Source of the DNA: Eledone cirrhosa
Taxonomy: Eukaryota
Direction: 5' to 3'
DNA length: 64,000 nucleotides
NCBI GenBank assembly: GCA_964016885.1
Contig: OZ024741.1
Span: 317,192,001-317,256,000 of the forward strand
Shown here one piece after another: positions 42,222 to 55,530 of this stretch (its first letter is position 1; each line of letters starts with the position of its first letter). A model generated the notes under the pieces. The model saw only the letters and a program-made list of their open reading frames with translations. It was not told the origin of the DNA and did not search any database. Position numbers and translations under genes: made by a program.

Positions 42222-43042
42222 GATTGGCAACATCGTGACAGCGTTGCGTAAAATGTTTTGTGGCATTTGTTCTTGATCTTTACATTCTGCTTTTAAACGC
42301 TATCGAGGTTAACTTTGTCTTTCATCTTTATGAAGTCGATAAAATAAAGTACCAGTAATGCACTAGTGTCAATTAATCAACTTTCCCTCCCCGAAAATGG
42401 TTGGCTTTGTGCCTAATTAGAAATCATGGATTGGCAGTATCGGTAGAGCGTCGGACACCATGCTTTGCAGCATAGAATTACGCCCCTTTATGATCTGAGT
42501 TCAAATCCTGCCGAGGTCAACTTTGCCTTTCATCCTTACGGGGTCGATAAAATGAAGTAGCAGTAATGTACTGGGTAATTGCTGGCCTTGTGCTAAAAGT
42601 GGAAACAATTCTAAGGGTGGTGGATTGGTTGTATTGGTAGAGCGTTGGACAACAAACCTTGCGGCATTGAATTACACCCGTTATGTTCTGAATTCAAATC
42701 CTGCCGAGGTTAATTTTGACATTCATCCTTACGGGGTCGATAAAATAAAGTACCAGTTACGTACTGGGTAAATTTAATTGACTTTCCATACCTCCAAATT
42801 GTTAGCATTGTGCCTAAATCAGATGGTTTGGCAAAATCGGTAGAGCGTCGCACACCATGCTGTGCAGCATAGAGTTACGGCACTTTATGATCTGAGTTCA
42901 AATCCGCCGAGGTTAACTTTGCCTTTCATCCTTACAGGGTCGATAAAATAAAGTACCAGGCACGCACTGGGTCGATTTAATCCACTTTCCCCTCCCACCA
43001 AAAAATTGCTGGCCTTGTGTCTATAGAAGAAACCATTATTAT
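42222..43042 (+). mobile_element. Four head-to-tail SINE copies, followed by (GAA)n at 43051-43142
   Basis: Units start at ~42222, 42428, 42615 and 42822. Confidence 0.9.
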
Positions 43043-43242
43043 CATTAATAGAAGAAGAAGAAGAAGAAGAAGAAGAAGAAGAAGAAGAAGACGAAGTCGA
43101 AGACGAAGAAGAAGAAGAAGACGAAGAAGAAGAAGAAGAAGATATCCAATTACATGTTATTTTGAAATTGGATTCTAGTCAGAAACACTTTCTCCATGAA
43201 TAAGAAAGAAATTGATCAAGAATAAATTATACATACAACACA

Positions 43243-43283
<41 letters not shown>

Positions 43284-43641
43284 ATACATACATTATATAT
43301 ATATATATATATATATATAAATATATATATATATGCGTTTATATATATATATACACACATATATATATATATATATACATTTACATATATATATATTTAC
43401 ATATATATATTTACATATATATATATGCATGTATATACACACACACACACATATATATATACATATATTTAGATAGATATATGTAATCTATATATATATA
43501 CATATATACATATATGTATATATAAATATATATATATATTTATCGCATATATAATTATATATATATATAAGTATGTACATACTTATATTTAAGTAACAGC
43601 CGTACTAAGAGTGGGAAATGAAATTTCGTTTCATTTTTCCG

Positions 43642-43712
<71 letters not shown>

Positions 43713-44183
43713 GTGTGTATATGTATGTATGTATATATACATATTTATACATGTGTATATATATATTTGCAAGTGTGTTTGTATGTCGTCATGTATGAAT
43801 GTATGCATATGTGAATATATCTATTCCTCGATGGATGGCTGTTTTGGTGTGTAATGGAAATAATAAGTAACAGCAATATAAGCATTCTTCTTTTTTTATA
43901 TATAAAAACTTAATGTTTATAACTTCAGAGCAAATTTTCAAATTTGAATATATGTTTAAATATTTCATTTATATGAAAGGAAAAAATATTTGGGAAATGG
44001 TCAGATAGAACATAACATAATTTAATTTACGTAGCAGGAAGTAGTGATGCTGTTTAGATGATTCTTTGAAAAGTAAGAGGTAATTTTAATGTGAGTGCTC
44101 AAATTCTTTGTTAGTAAAAGCATTAATACATAACGCTCACATAAAATTAAGATGGAAGTTTTTTAGATAAATATACACTTGGA

Positions 44184-44490
44184 TCTCCGTCGGTCCCGAC
44201 GATGATTTTTTTCCAAATGTTTGGTCAACGAAACAGCCGGCTTGTGAAATTAACGCCCCCAAAATCGTTAAGAATTATATAAACACGTATACTCTTAGTT
44301 CTCAGGGAGATTCAGCGTGTTACAGTACGTGGCGAAGAGCTCTCTTTGTATCGCATTTATGCCAACTCATTATTGCCAGCTAAATAGTCTGGAAAAACGT
44401 GAAAAATGGTGTCTTGCTCAAGAACACAACGCACTATTTGGAATCGAACTCACGATCTTACGGTCGTCAACCGAACAACCTAACCACATA
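44184..44490 (-). mobile_element. CORE-type tRNA SINE, diverged
   Basis: GTGTCTTGCTCAAGAACACAAC...GGAATCGAACTCACGATCTT...CCTAACCAC (reverse B box, A box and CORE-like segment). Confidence 0.7.
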
Positions 44491-44734
44491 TACTCTTGGA
44501 AAACTAATCTCAACAAGAGTCAAATATGCTGGACATGGGCACCTGTCTAAGGTAAAGACACCCCTCGGTCACGAATGACCATGGGATTTGAACCTAGAAA
44601 TTTCCCCTCCAAGGCACAAGACCGGGCAAGGTTGTTTGAGAAGACCAGTAGTCGCTGTAGCCCAGGAATACCAGCCTCGCCTCTCCACACCACCAATGTT
44701 GTCCAAGGGAAAGGCAATGACATCTGACTAATAA

Positions 44735-45140
44735 TAATTGTTTCTACTTTTGGCACAAGGCCAGTAAATACCCAGTGTATTACTGGTACTTTATTTTATC
44801 GATCCTGTAAGGATGAAAGGCAAAGTTAACCCCGACCGGATTTGAACTCAGAATGGCAAGGGCCGTAACTCTATGCTAGAAAGCATGATGTCCAACCCTC
44901 TACCGATTCTGCCAATCCACTGCCCTTTAATTAAGAGTAGTTTCTAATTGAAGCACAGGGCCAGCAATTACGTAGAAGGGGGAAGTCGGTTACTTGACTG
45001 GTACATAGTTTTATCGACATTAGAATGATGAAAGGCAAAGTTAATTTCGGCGGGATTTGAACTCAGAATGGCAAGGGCCGTAACTCTATGCGTCAAAGCA
45101 TGGCGTCCAACCCTCTACCGATACTGCCAATTCACCGCCT
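44735..45140 (-). mobile_element. Two tandem SINE copies
   Basis: Same family as 12570-12760. Confidence 0.9.
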
Positions 45141-47313
45141 GACTAATAATAATATATGCATTGATTTATTCAGATAAATCTCCTCACATTGGTTGCCATG
45201 GTCAGAATGTTTCAGCTGCTGTATCATATTCACAGATGTCTCTCATATTCGGAAATATTGTCGGAGTTTCAAACCGAACTCTTTATTCAATTTACGGGAG
45301 GTAGTCTAGTCTCATTTTGTTGTTTACGTTGAGGATATATTCGGATTAGTTATTAGTATTTGTGATGTCACTTGCTTGTTCTACTTTAACTGGTGTCTTT
45401 ATAAATTAACTAACTTAACCATTGAACTCATGCCCACCATTTAATCAAACCACTCTTAGTATTTAATCATCGATTATATAGACTATGCTTATTGTTCGAC
45501 AAGACAATAAGCATAGTCATCAATATACACAGGTGTCTACGTATATTGATGTAGCATCAATGTGTGTGTATATATTATATATATATACGTGTGTGTGTGT
45601 GTAAATATGCATACATATATCTGTACATGTGTACATGTGTATGTATAAGAAGGAAGAGAATGTGAAAAAGAGACAGTAACTTCAAGGACTTACACAGGCG
45701 CACGAATACACGCAGATATACACATGCACGCACACATACAGAAAGTAGTACAAAAGAAATGAAACTTTGCATATTGGCTTCGTTTCCTGGGTATCTGGTC
45801 GGTAGTTAGTGACAAGGTCAAGATGACCGGACTATACCAGAAGGTCATACAATGTCTCCCTTACATATAATGAACTGTTGGACTGTGTATATATATATAT
45901 AAAGAGAGAGAGGGGGGAAATTGGGAGAAAGGGTGAGAGAGGGGGAGAGAAAGATTGATACAAACTATTACACACATTCACATACACACGTATATACATA
46001 TACATGTATACATATACATATATACATATACATATATACATATACATATATACATATACATATACATATATACATATACATATATACATATACATATATA
46101 CATATATACATATACATATATACATATATATATGTGTGTGTATGTGTATATATAAATATATATACATGTGTGTTGTGTTCACGTGTGTGTAAGTGTGTAA
46201 GTGTGCATGTATACATACAAAAGTACATGTGTAAATAGTCATACATAGGCGTGTATGTATACATATATATATATATATGTGTGTGTGTGTATGGGTGGGT
46301 TTGTGTATGTGTGAGTGTGTGTGTGTATGTGTGTGTGTGTGTGTGCGTGTGTGCGTGTGCGTGTGTGTGTGTGAGGCCTCCCATATGCAATCAACTTGGA
46401 TGGAACCCAAAACGTAGAAAACGTGATGATTCAGAATATAGGCGCCTAGAATAGGGGGAGATGACCTGAAATCTGTGTGTGTGTTTGTATATATGGTGTG
46501 TGTGTGTGTATATGGTGTGTGTGTGTGTGTGTGTGCGTGCGTGTCTGCACGTCTGTGTGTGCGTGAGGTGGAGTGGTAGATATGTTTGTATATTTGCATG
46601 TGTGTATTTACATGTCTTTGCGTGCGCGGAATGAGGTGGTGTGTGTATATGTGCGTGTATGAGTGTGCATGTACGTGTATGTGCGTGTGTGTGTGTATAT
46701 ATGTACGTGTGGAGTGTGGTAGTGTGTGTATGTGCGTGTATGCGTGTGTTTGAGTGTGTATGTGCGTGTGTGTGTGTATGTGTACGCGTAGAGTGAGGTA
46801 GTGTGTGTATGTGCGTGTATGAGTGTGTATGTGTGTATATGTGCGTGCATGAGTGTGAATGTGTGTGTATGTGTGTAAATGTGTGTGTGTGTGTGTATGT
46901 ATGAATGTGTATCCATGTGTATTAGTGTGTATGTGTGTAAATGTGCGTGTGTGTGTGTGCATGAGTGTGTATGTGTGTGTGTGTGTGTGTGAGTATGCGT
47001 GGAGTGAGGTGGTGTGTGTCTGTGCTGGGTATGTATGTGTGTATATGTACGTGTGTGTGTGTGCGAGTGTGTCTGTGCGTGTATGAGTGTGTATGTGTGT
47101 ATATGTGCGTGTGTGTATGTGTGTGTGTGTGCGTGTCCACGATGAGACACAGAGAGACAAAGAGAGGGGAGGAGGTGGGGTGTTTCTCAGAGTAAATCTG
47201 GAATGGAGTGAAAAGAAAGTAGGAGGCAGACTCTGAGAGAGTTACGCTGACAGAAAGACACACGCACAGACAGGTGTAAATACACACACACATACACACA
47301 CACACACATACAT

Positions 47314-47346
<33 letters not shown>

Positions 47347-47459
47347 AATGTATGTGCATAGGTACATGTGGATACACACATACCCATTTATATGTGTATG
47401 TGTGTATACATATATACTCAAAGTATTGCGTGCACGCAAATAATTATACCGCACATGCA

Positions 47460-47770
47460 CACACACACCACCTCACTCCACGCATACACACACACACACA
47501 CCACCTCACTCCACGCATACACACACACACACCACCTCACTCCACGCATACACACACACACACACACCACCTCACTCCACGCATACACACACACACCACC
47601 TCACTCCACTCACACACACACACACCACCTCACTCCACGCATACACACACACACACCACCTCACTCCACGCACACACACACCACCTCACTCCACGCACAC
47701 ACACACCACCTCACTCCACGCACACACACACACACACACCACCTCACTCCACGCATACACACACACACAT
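47460..47770. repeat. Minisatellite CCACCTCACTCCACGCA(TA)(CA)n, ~10 copies
   Basis: Direct reading. An inverted unit lies at ~46993-47018. Confidence 0.9.
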
Positions 47771-48094
47771 GCTACATACCAAACGGTTAACATAAATAAA
47801 CAGACAAACAGACATATAGATGGACAGACAGACAGACATGCAGACACACAGGTGGACACACAGACAGACACACAGACAGACACACAGGTGGACACACAGA
47901 CAGATACACAGACGGATACACAGACGGACACACAGACAGACACACAGACAGACACACAGAGAGACACACAGACGGACACTCCAAAAGGCAGACAGGCTAA
48001 AACATTCTGCTCCGCCAACAAAAATATAAGAGGACAAAAAGAAATCTATAACTAAATATAAATATATATATATATATATATTTAGTTTTATCCT

Positions 48095-48179
<85 letters not shown>

Positions 48180-48580
48180 TATATATATATATATAAGTGC
48201 ATATATATACACGCAGATGTTATATATATAAATGGAATAGACGAAAAAAAAGACAACAGCAACAACATCAACAACACTGACAATATTTACAGTGGAAGTA
48301 CACAAGCCCCTCCCCGACCCTAAACACCCGACAACGACAAACCCGACCCCTTCAAGCCCAAGCTTAGCAAACCCCAACCCTAAACTCATCCGTTTTACTT
48401 CCGCTCACTTCTTGCAGTCATCATACTTGTTTTCTTTTGCTTTTTGCATTTTCTTATTTTAAAGGGATTTCTTCATGCATATATATATATATATGTATAT
48501 GTATATATATATATTTTTTGTGTAGATACATATATAAATATATATATATATACATACATATATATATATGTATATATATG

Positions 48581-48624
<44 letters not shown>

Positions 48625-48989
48625 CATATATATATATATATTCCACTCCACGATTTATTTTACTCATGGTTACATGCAATCTAAAACAACCCAGACAAAA
48701 ATCTGCCAAAGAATCATGACTCACTGTGAGAAAACATGGGGTTCAATGAAGGGGAGCCCTTCATTTACTCTACATCCTTACTTCCCTTTCAGTTTTTCTA
48801 CAATATCTTACCCCTACGCTCTTCAGAAACCCCTTCCGTTTAGTTCGTGTGTTTTTGTTTTGGGGTTTTTTTTCACTTTCTTTTCTGTTTTGTTTATTTG
48901 TTTGTTTTCATCTTAGGCATACGCGCCGTGTGCATAAACACACAACACACATACACACACACACAAACAAACACACACACATACATACA

Positions 48990-49056
<67 letters not shown>

Positions 49057-49136
49057 CGAAGGAAATGTGGTAAGGAACCAGGTGGACCATAACGCACCAA
49101 AGTACTCAATACTTAGGGTAGTAGAGTGGGTAATAG

Positions 49137-49232
49137 GAACCAGTAAGACTCCGACGGCTGAGCTCAAGCCGTTTCGACGGCGAATTAGCCGTCGAAACGG
49201 CTTGATCTCAGCCGTCGGGGTCTGACTGGTTC
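49137..49232. repeat. Isolated GC-rich hairpin with ~45 bp arms
   Basis: GACTCCGACGGCTGAGCTCAAGCCGTTTCGACGGC-GAATTA-GCCGTCGAAACGGCTTGATCTCAGCCGTCGGGGTC. Confidence 0.9.
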
Positions 49233-49264
<32 letters not shown>

Positions 49265-49749
49265 GCCTCTGCCAGATGGCTGGAACAGGTAAAGGGTAAA
49301 AGAATATATATATATATTTATACAAATACATTGCACGCATGAATGTACTTGTATGAATGCGTGTGTATATCTGTACGTGTGTGTGTGTGTGCATGTGTAC
49401 CCGCACGCTTCTTGATCCATCATCATTTAACAACAGTCTCATGCTTTACAAATTGTCTTAGCTTCAACATAAGAGGAAATCCATATTACAAGATGTGATA
49501 AGTAGGAAATATAGATAAATTTCTATTTATTTGCCACGAGGGCACAAAAGAAGGGGACAAATACACAGTGGGGGAGTTTACATAAATCGAGTAAAGAAAA
49601 AAGGAATAACAATAATAATATAATAATAAAAAGTCCTCAAAAGGGAGGGGGCGTGTTGGGGATTGCACATAGCCCCGAAAAGTGTGCAACCCTTTTCGCG
49701 GGGGAAGCCCAGAGAGGAGGCGCTCCCCCTTTCCTCTTCACTTCTTCAC

Positions 49750-52700
49750 CTACAGAACAATGTAGAGAGAAGGCCCATTTACACGAGCCATTCTCGCTTC
49801 TTTCACCCACCTTTCATAAAACTGTCTGGGGCCAAGCACTTCTCTCTCCATCCTGATCCTTCTTCCGAAGTGGTATCGGAAGAAGTAAACCAGGTGATGG
49901 CCGGAGAGAAAATCACCCGACCTCAGACCTTTCAGGCGCGTCCACCACACAACCTCTTTCATCATGGCTATTACGCACAGAAAGACCGCCTCTGCTTTAT
50001 TTCTGAAGGGCTTGAAGTTCACCACAGACTCTGCGGTTAATCGAATCGGCGCCACACGCGACAGCAGTCGTTCGACGTAGCCCCACAGATCGGCAACGCC
50101 CGGGCAGTGTACCAGTGCATGCGCAACGGTTTCCTCGTCGCGCACGCATCTGGGACAGATCTTTTTCGCTGGATCCCTGCCCGGGCGCCCGTGTCTGTAG
50201 AGCTTTTCTTGAACGGGCAGAGCCTCCCGGTAACACTGCCAGGCTAGGGACCTCTGGAAGTTGTCCATGGGTCCCGGGCCGAAAGTTCTACCGAACAGGC
50301 TGGCCAGTTCGTTCTCCTCCATGCCTAGCGAGTCTCCAAGGGTGTCGTCGCCCCTGCTAGCCACCAGCCCTCTATAGAATGTCGAGGTGGATTCTCCACT
50401 GATAGTCGGGTCCGCTTGCCAGATAGCCGTGAGCGCCTGGGCACACTCGGTGTGCCAGTTGCCCAGTTTTCTCGGTCTTTGCTTCACCCAGGATTGCAGT
50501 TCGGTGAGCGAGACGAGCTGTGGGAAGGCTCGCCTCACAAACGGGGCCCACACCGGCTGACCGTTGAGGAATACCTGTAGATGCCGTAGCCTCAATGCGT
50601 GCCTACGCATCAACAGCCACGGCATACCCAGCCCTCCTTTCGAAGGGTGCTGGCAGCAGATGGATCTCCTCACCATGGGAGGCCTCTTCTTCCAGAGGAA
50701 CTGGAAGAGCATGCGTTCCATGATGGTGATCTTTTCCTTGGGGCAAGGCACGACGGTCAGGCGGTAGTAGATGACGGACACTATGTAAGCGTTCGCCACC
50801 TCCGCCCGACCTTTCAGTGATAGTTTGCACTTGGTCCACTTCTGGGTCAGCGCAAACACCCTGCTCGTCACCTCGCCCCAATTCTTCTCCACCTGGAGGT
50901 CCGGTCCGAACCAGACCCCGAGCAGCTTCACTGGGCCCTCCGTCCACCGCCCGACGACACCGTCTAACGGCATCGGTTTGCCCCTCCACGTTCCGAGTTG
51001 CAAACCGACTGACTTGTCCTGGTTCAGCCTAGCCCCCGTCAGCCTTTCGTATTCCTCCAGTAGGGTGGCGATCGCCCCGATTTCCGAGGCGTCCGCCACC
51101 ATTACTGTTACGTCGTCGGCATAGGCCGAGACCGCTTTGTGCAATCCCGGTTCCAGGGGTATGCCCCGCAGCAACTCCAACTTCCGCAGCAGTGGCTCGA
51201 GAGTCAATACGTACAGAAGGGAGGAGAGGGGCACCCCTGTTTGATGGACCGGGTGATTTGAAACGGCTCCGAGAGGTAGCCGTTTACTTTAATCCTAGAG
51301 TAGATGTTGCCACTGTGCATGGCAGAAATCCAGCCCCTGAAAACGGGTCCGAAGCCCGCCGCCGTTAGCACCGCATCCAGGTAACCATGGTCGACCCTAT
51401 CAAACGCCTTAGATTGATCCAAGTTGATCAGGGCCCCACCAAAGCCGGGTTCGTTGCCAACCCTCTCTACGATGTATCGCATGAGGTGGAGGTTGTCGTG
51501 AATGGACCTGGACGGGATAGCGCATGACTGCGCGTCTCCCACCAAACCACCCACCACAAGCGCCAACCTCTTCGCCAACACCTTGGCCAAAATCTGTAAC
51601 TCTGCATTCAGCAGAGTTATGGGCCTAAAGTTACTTAAGTCGTCCCCCTTGCTCTCGTCCTTCCTCACTAGTGTGACCACGCCCTTGGTCACAGAACAGG
51701 GAATTCTCCCGTTCTGTTGCCAGTTGCAATAGACAGCCTCGAGGAGTTCGGAGAACAAGACCGGCATAGCTAAATAAAGTTCGTATGGTAGACCATCGAG
51801 ACCCGGGGATTTGCGTCTGCTGCATTGGCTGAGCGCTTCCCCGATTTCAGTGGCTGTGATTGGCCTTTCGCACTCCGCTTCGCCGCTCGAAAGACGCGGT
51901 AGACCGTCGAGATATGGACCGAAGTCCACATCCCCGTCCGGCCCCCCGCCCCCTCCGAACAGTCGAGCAATGTGCCTTTGAAAGGCCTCGCACATCCGCT
52001 CAGGTTCAAGGATCACCTGTCCATCCTGGTCTCGCAAAGACCGAATGGTGGATTTAATCCCACTATTGGCTTCTGTCACGCGGGCCCAGCTAACAGCTTT
52101 GGTCCCCTCGATTCCTAAAGCACGTATTTTACTTCGGACAACGCAGCCTTCGTGCTTCGCGTCAAAGAACTGGTTCAATGCCGTTCTCGCCGCTAACACT
52201 CTGGCCACATCTCCGCTCCTAATCGCCTCTTCTAGTTTATCTGTTAACTCCCTTTCCATCCTATTTCTATTCGCCGCTAGTTCCTTACTGTAACCTATCG
52301 AACTTACTCTAATCTCTCTCTTTAGAGATACCCACCACCTGCTGTTGACGATCGCTCCCGTCAACCGCATCTTAACTAAGCTACTAATCCGGTTCCTGTA
52401 ATCTTTCTTTGCCGACAAGGACAAGTTGATCTTCCAGTAACCGGGACCCTGTCTATGCGTTCTATCAAGGTTGACGACGCAGGTCACTAATTTGTGATCT
52501 GAATAGCCAACCATGATCAATTCTGGACAACTAAATACGTCCCTATCCTTACTCCTAACCAAAAACCTATCTAGGTACGATCTAGATTGTCCACTGCGGT
52601 TTGCCCAGGTCCAGGTTGGCGCAGTTGGACAATCTAGTCGAAATCTATCGACCAAGTCGAATCGATCGAGTAACCCCTTGAGGCTGCTACACCCCCCTCT

Positions 52701-53170
52701 ATCGGGATATGCCCCTGCATAGTCCCAACGCGCTTCTAGGATTCCATTCCAGTCCCCCACTAAAAGCAGGGAACGCGACGTTCCTAGAAAAGTCTCCAGA
52801 CGCTGGAAGAAGTCGGCTCTTTCAGCCCCGAAGGGGGCATAAAGACCGACCAATCTGAAAGCCCCGCCTTCACCGCCTCCGACGTCCAGCACCAGTAATC
52901 GACCCCCCGGGTCCGAGTGAACAATCTGTACGTCGAGAGTCAGACGTTTATCCAGCAGTACGGCAACTCCCCCCCCCCCCCGCCTCCGGGTTGACAGAGA
53001 GATGCGTGCATCTCAAAGTCATCGAAGGCGGGCGCCAGCTGTCGCACGCTGCTGATCCGACTCTCGCAAACAACCATCACATCTATACTTCGTGACCTGA
53101 GGTCACTTAGAAGCTTTGCTTGCTTCCAAGCTGAGCCCAGGCCACGCGCGTTCAAACAGCCAACTCTCAA
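49750..53170 (-). pseudogene. ORF2 of copy 1 (APE endonuclease + RT + CCHC), frameshifted at ~52975 and ~51230
   Basis: CLNARGL, GDWN, YLDRF, YSDH, KSPGLDGLP, LDQSKAFDRV, QGCP, YADD, CPRC...ETVAHALVHC. Confidence 0.92.
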
Positions 53171-53175
53171 TTGAT

Positions 53176-55040
53176 CTATTTTGGTGTTGAAAGTGAAGAA
53201 AGAAAAGCACCTACCTCTCCGGGTTGTGTAATTTCCATGGCGTCAGGTGTGTTGGGTGGAGGGATGTTTTGTGGTGGTGTGGGGGTACCCGAGTGTGGTG
53301 GGGTTGGGGTATTTGGAGTTGTGTCAGGGAGAGGGGAGGTTAAGGGGAGATCTTTCAAGAGGACGCGATTTAACGGTTTTAATTTAAACAGGGGGGGGGG
53401 CTCACCTCCTGTCTAAATTGTTCTTTTAAGGAACGATAAAGGTCCAGAGGGACCTTTATCGTTTTTAAATGGGTGAAGTTCTCTGTTGAGATAAAGTTTG
53501 GCCCTTCGGTCTGCACCAAAGGGCTATTGTTTATTAATTTAAACAGTTTTTTGTTTTCTTTATTTATATATGTGTATTGCAACGTCTTTTTGTGTGATGC
53601 TGTCAATGTTTCGGAGAGGGGAGGCGCAGATTTAATTTTGTTTGTTGAGGGTGGGGTGTTTTTGATTGGAGTTGGTGTTTGTGTGTGGGTTATTTGTGGT
53701 GTGCTGGGTGTGTGCTTTCTTTTTTTTCTTTTAACTTGTCTGAAGGCTTCTCCTCCTTCTTCTTCAGAAGTTGGGGGAAACTCTTCAGCGCTAGGTGGGA
53801 GGGACGTGGTGTCTGGTTGTTTTTTTTTTGCGGGAGGGGTAGATTTGTTGCTGTTTTTTTTATTATTTGTTTGGAATGCGTTTTGTGGTGGTGGTGGTGA
53901 TGTTTGTGTCGTGCTTGTGGTTGGTGATGGTGGTGGTGATGTTTGTGTTGTGGTTGGTGATGGTGGTGGTGATTTTTGTGTCGTGCTTGTGTTTGGTGCT
54001 GGTGGTGGTGATGTTTGTGTTGTGCTTGTGGTTGGAGGTGTCAGTATTTTGTTTGCTGTGTGTGGTATTAGTGTATTTTTGGAGGTGGGTGGTGTTGGTG
54101 TTCTGTTTGTGGTGGGTGTGGGCAATAGTCCTTTTTGGGGGATACGTTTCGGGCAGTTAGCCTTAACGTGTCCCCTTTCCGTGCATAAATAGCATGCTGG
54201 TCTTCTCCCCTCTACAATTATATCTATTGTGGTGAGGTCATCCAGCCAGATTCGATCCGGGATTTGTGCCACTCTTTCGGGCCTCATTTGGACTAGTAGG
54301 TCGAGGCCCATTCCCAGGAACGCATCTCCAGATGCCTTCCCCATTGACAGCACTGTGTCCTCGCCCATGTCTATGAAGCCAGCAATAGCCCACCAGAAGT
54401 CCATTGTGGGCAGCATTGTTTGTACTTTGACTCTCTGTGTTCTTCTACCCATGTAGGAGGGATAGAAGCTGTATGTTGTTGATGAGAGTGGGCTTAGGGA
54501 AAGCTTCTGCGCCGTTTCCTTGTCTTTTGTTAAGACCGAAATGCTGCCATAGAGTCGGTCCTTTCGTATGAAGAGAATATTCTTCATATAGTCTTTTAGG
54601 ACCAACTCTATCTCCATTTGGCTGTGCTGTGCTGGCTTTCTCGTTTGGTTTAATATTGTTCTGAAGAGAACTGTGCTCTCTGTTCTCGCTTTCTTGAATT
54701 CTGGGGGGGGGGGGGGGTTAATGGAAAACATTCCGTTCTCCCCCAAGACTATGTGTTTTTTTGCTTCTGCCAGTTTTTCTCTGGCGGCAGTTAAGTCTAT
54801 TGGTGTATATGTTATGGACTGTTTTGTTTTCTGGGCGAAAGTTGCCTTGTTGTTATTTGTGTTCTTATTTTCTGTTTGTTTGTTTTCCATTTACTCATTT
54901 TCCGTAACATTTGTTTTTTTCATTTTCCTTGTTTGTTTCGTTTCTAGTTTTGTTGTATCTATTTCTTTTTGTTCTTCAGACTGGGGGGGGGGGGGCGTGG
55001 CAGAGCTAATGGCAGACATGTCTGCCATCTTTTCCGCCAT
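53176..55040 (-). pseudogene. ORF1 of copy 1 (gag-like, CX2CX4HX4C), with an in-frame TAA at 54891-54893 and a frameshift near 53380
   Basis: CYLCTERGHVKANC and Pro/Thr-rich repeats. Lesions identified by comparison with the intact copy 2. Confidence 0.88.
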
Positions 55041-55240
55041 GCTACCAAGAAAGAGATTTTACAGCAAAATAGATATTTATTTTACCCCCTAAAAAGGGGG
55101 TAAATGTAAAAATGTCTCCCTAAATAACAGGGGCAAGTGTTTCAAATATGTTGCACTGAAAAAATTCTCTGGTACTTACTATAGTAAGGGTTAATTCCGA
55201 TGGAATAGCGGAGCCGATGTGAAGCGTGTCTTACTCTATC

Positions 55241-55242
<2 letters not shown>

Positions 55243-55298
<56 letters not shown>
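55243..55298. repeat. (GATA)14 joining Tx1 copies 1 and 2
   Basis: Pure tract with no other spacer. Confidence 0.98.
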
Positions 55299-55299
<1 letters not shown>

Positions 55300-55530
55300 A
55301 TTTCTATTTATTTGCCACGAGGGCACAAAAGAAGGGGACATTTACACAGTGGGGGAGTTTACATAAATCGAGTAAAGAAAAAAGGAATAACAATAATAAT
55401 ATAACAATAAAAAGTCCTCAAAAGGGAGGGGGCGTGTTGGGGATTGCACATACCCCCGAAAAGTGTGCAACTCTTTTCGCGGGGGAAGCCCAGAGAGGAG
55501 GCGCTCCCCCTTTCCTCTTCACTTCTTCAC

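Larger units (their letters stand above)
49518..55242 (-). mobile_element. Full-length Tx1-clade (L1 group) LINE, copy 1
   Basis: 5' UTR, ORF1 with zinc knuckle, ORF2 APE-RT-CCHC, and a 3' UTR with AATAAA followed by TATCTAT. Colinear with copy 2. Confidence 0.95.

Noticed and set aside
47460-47770. CRISPR-like repeat/spacer look
   Set aside because: The spacers are just (CA)n, the context is eukaryotic and there are no cas genes.
53473-54192. Antisense ~239-aa ORF present in both Tx1 copies (also 59260-59976)
   Set aside because: Shadow of the low-complexity Pro/Thr region of ORF1. It has a non-ATG start and the copies are too close for its conservation to be informative.
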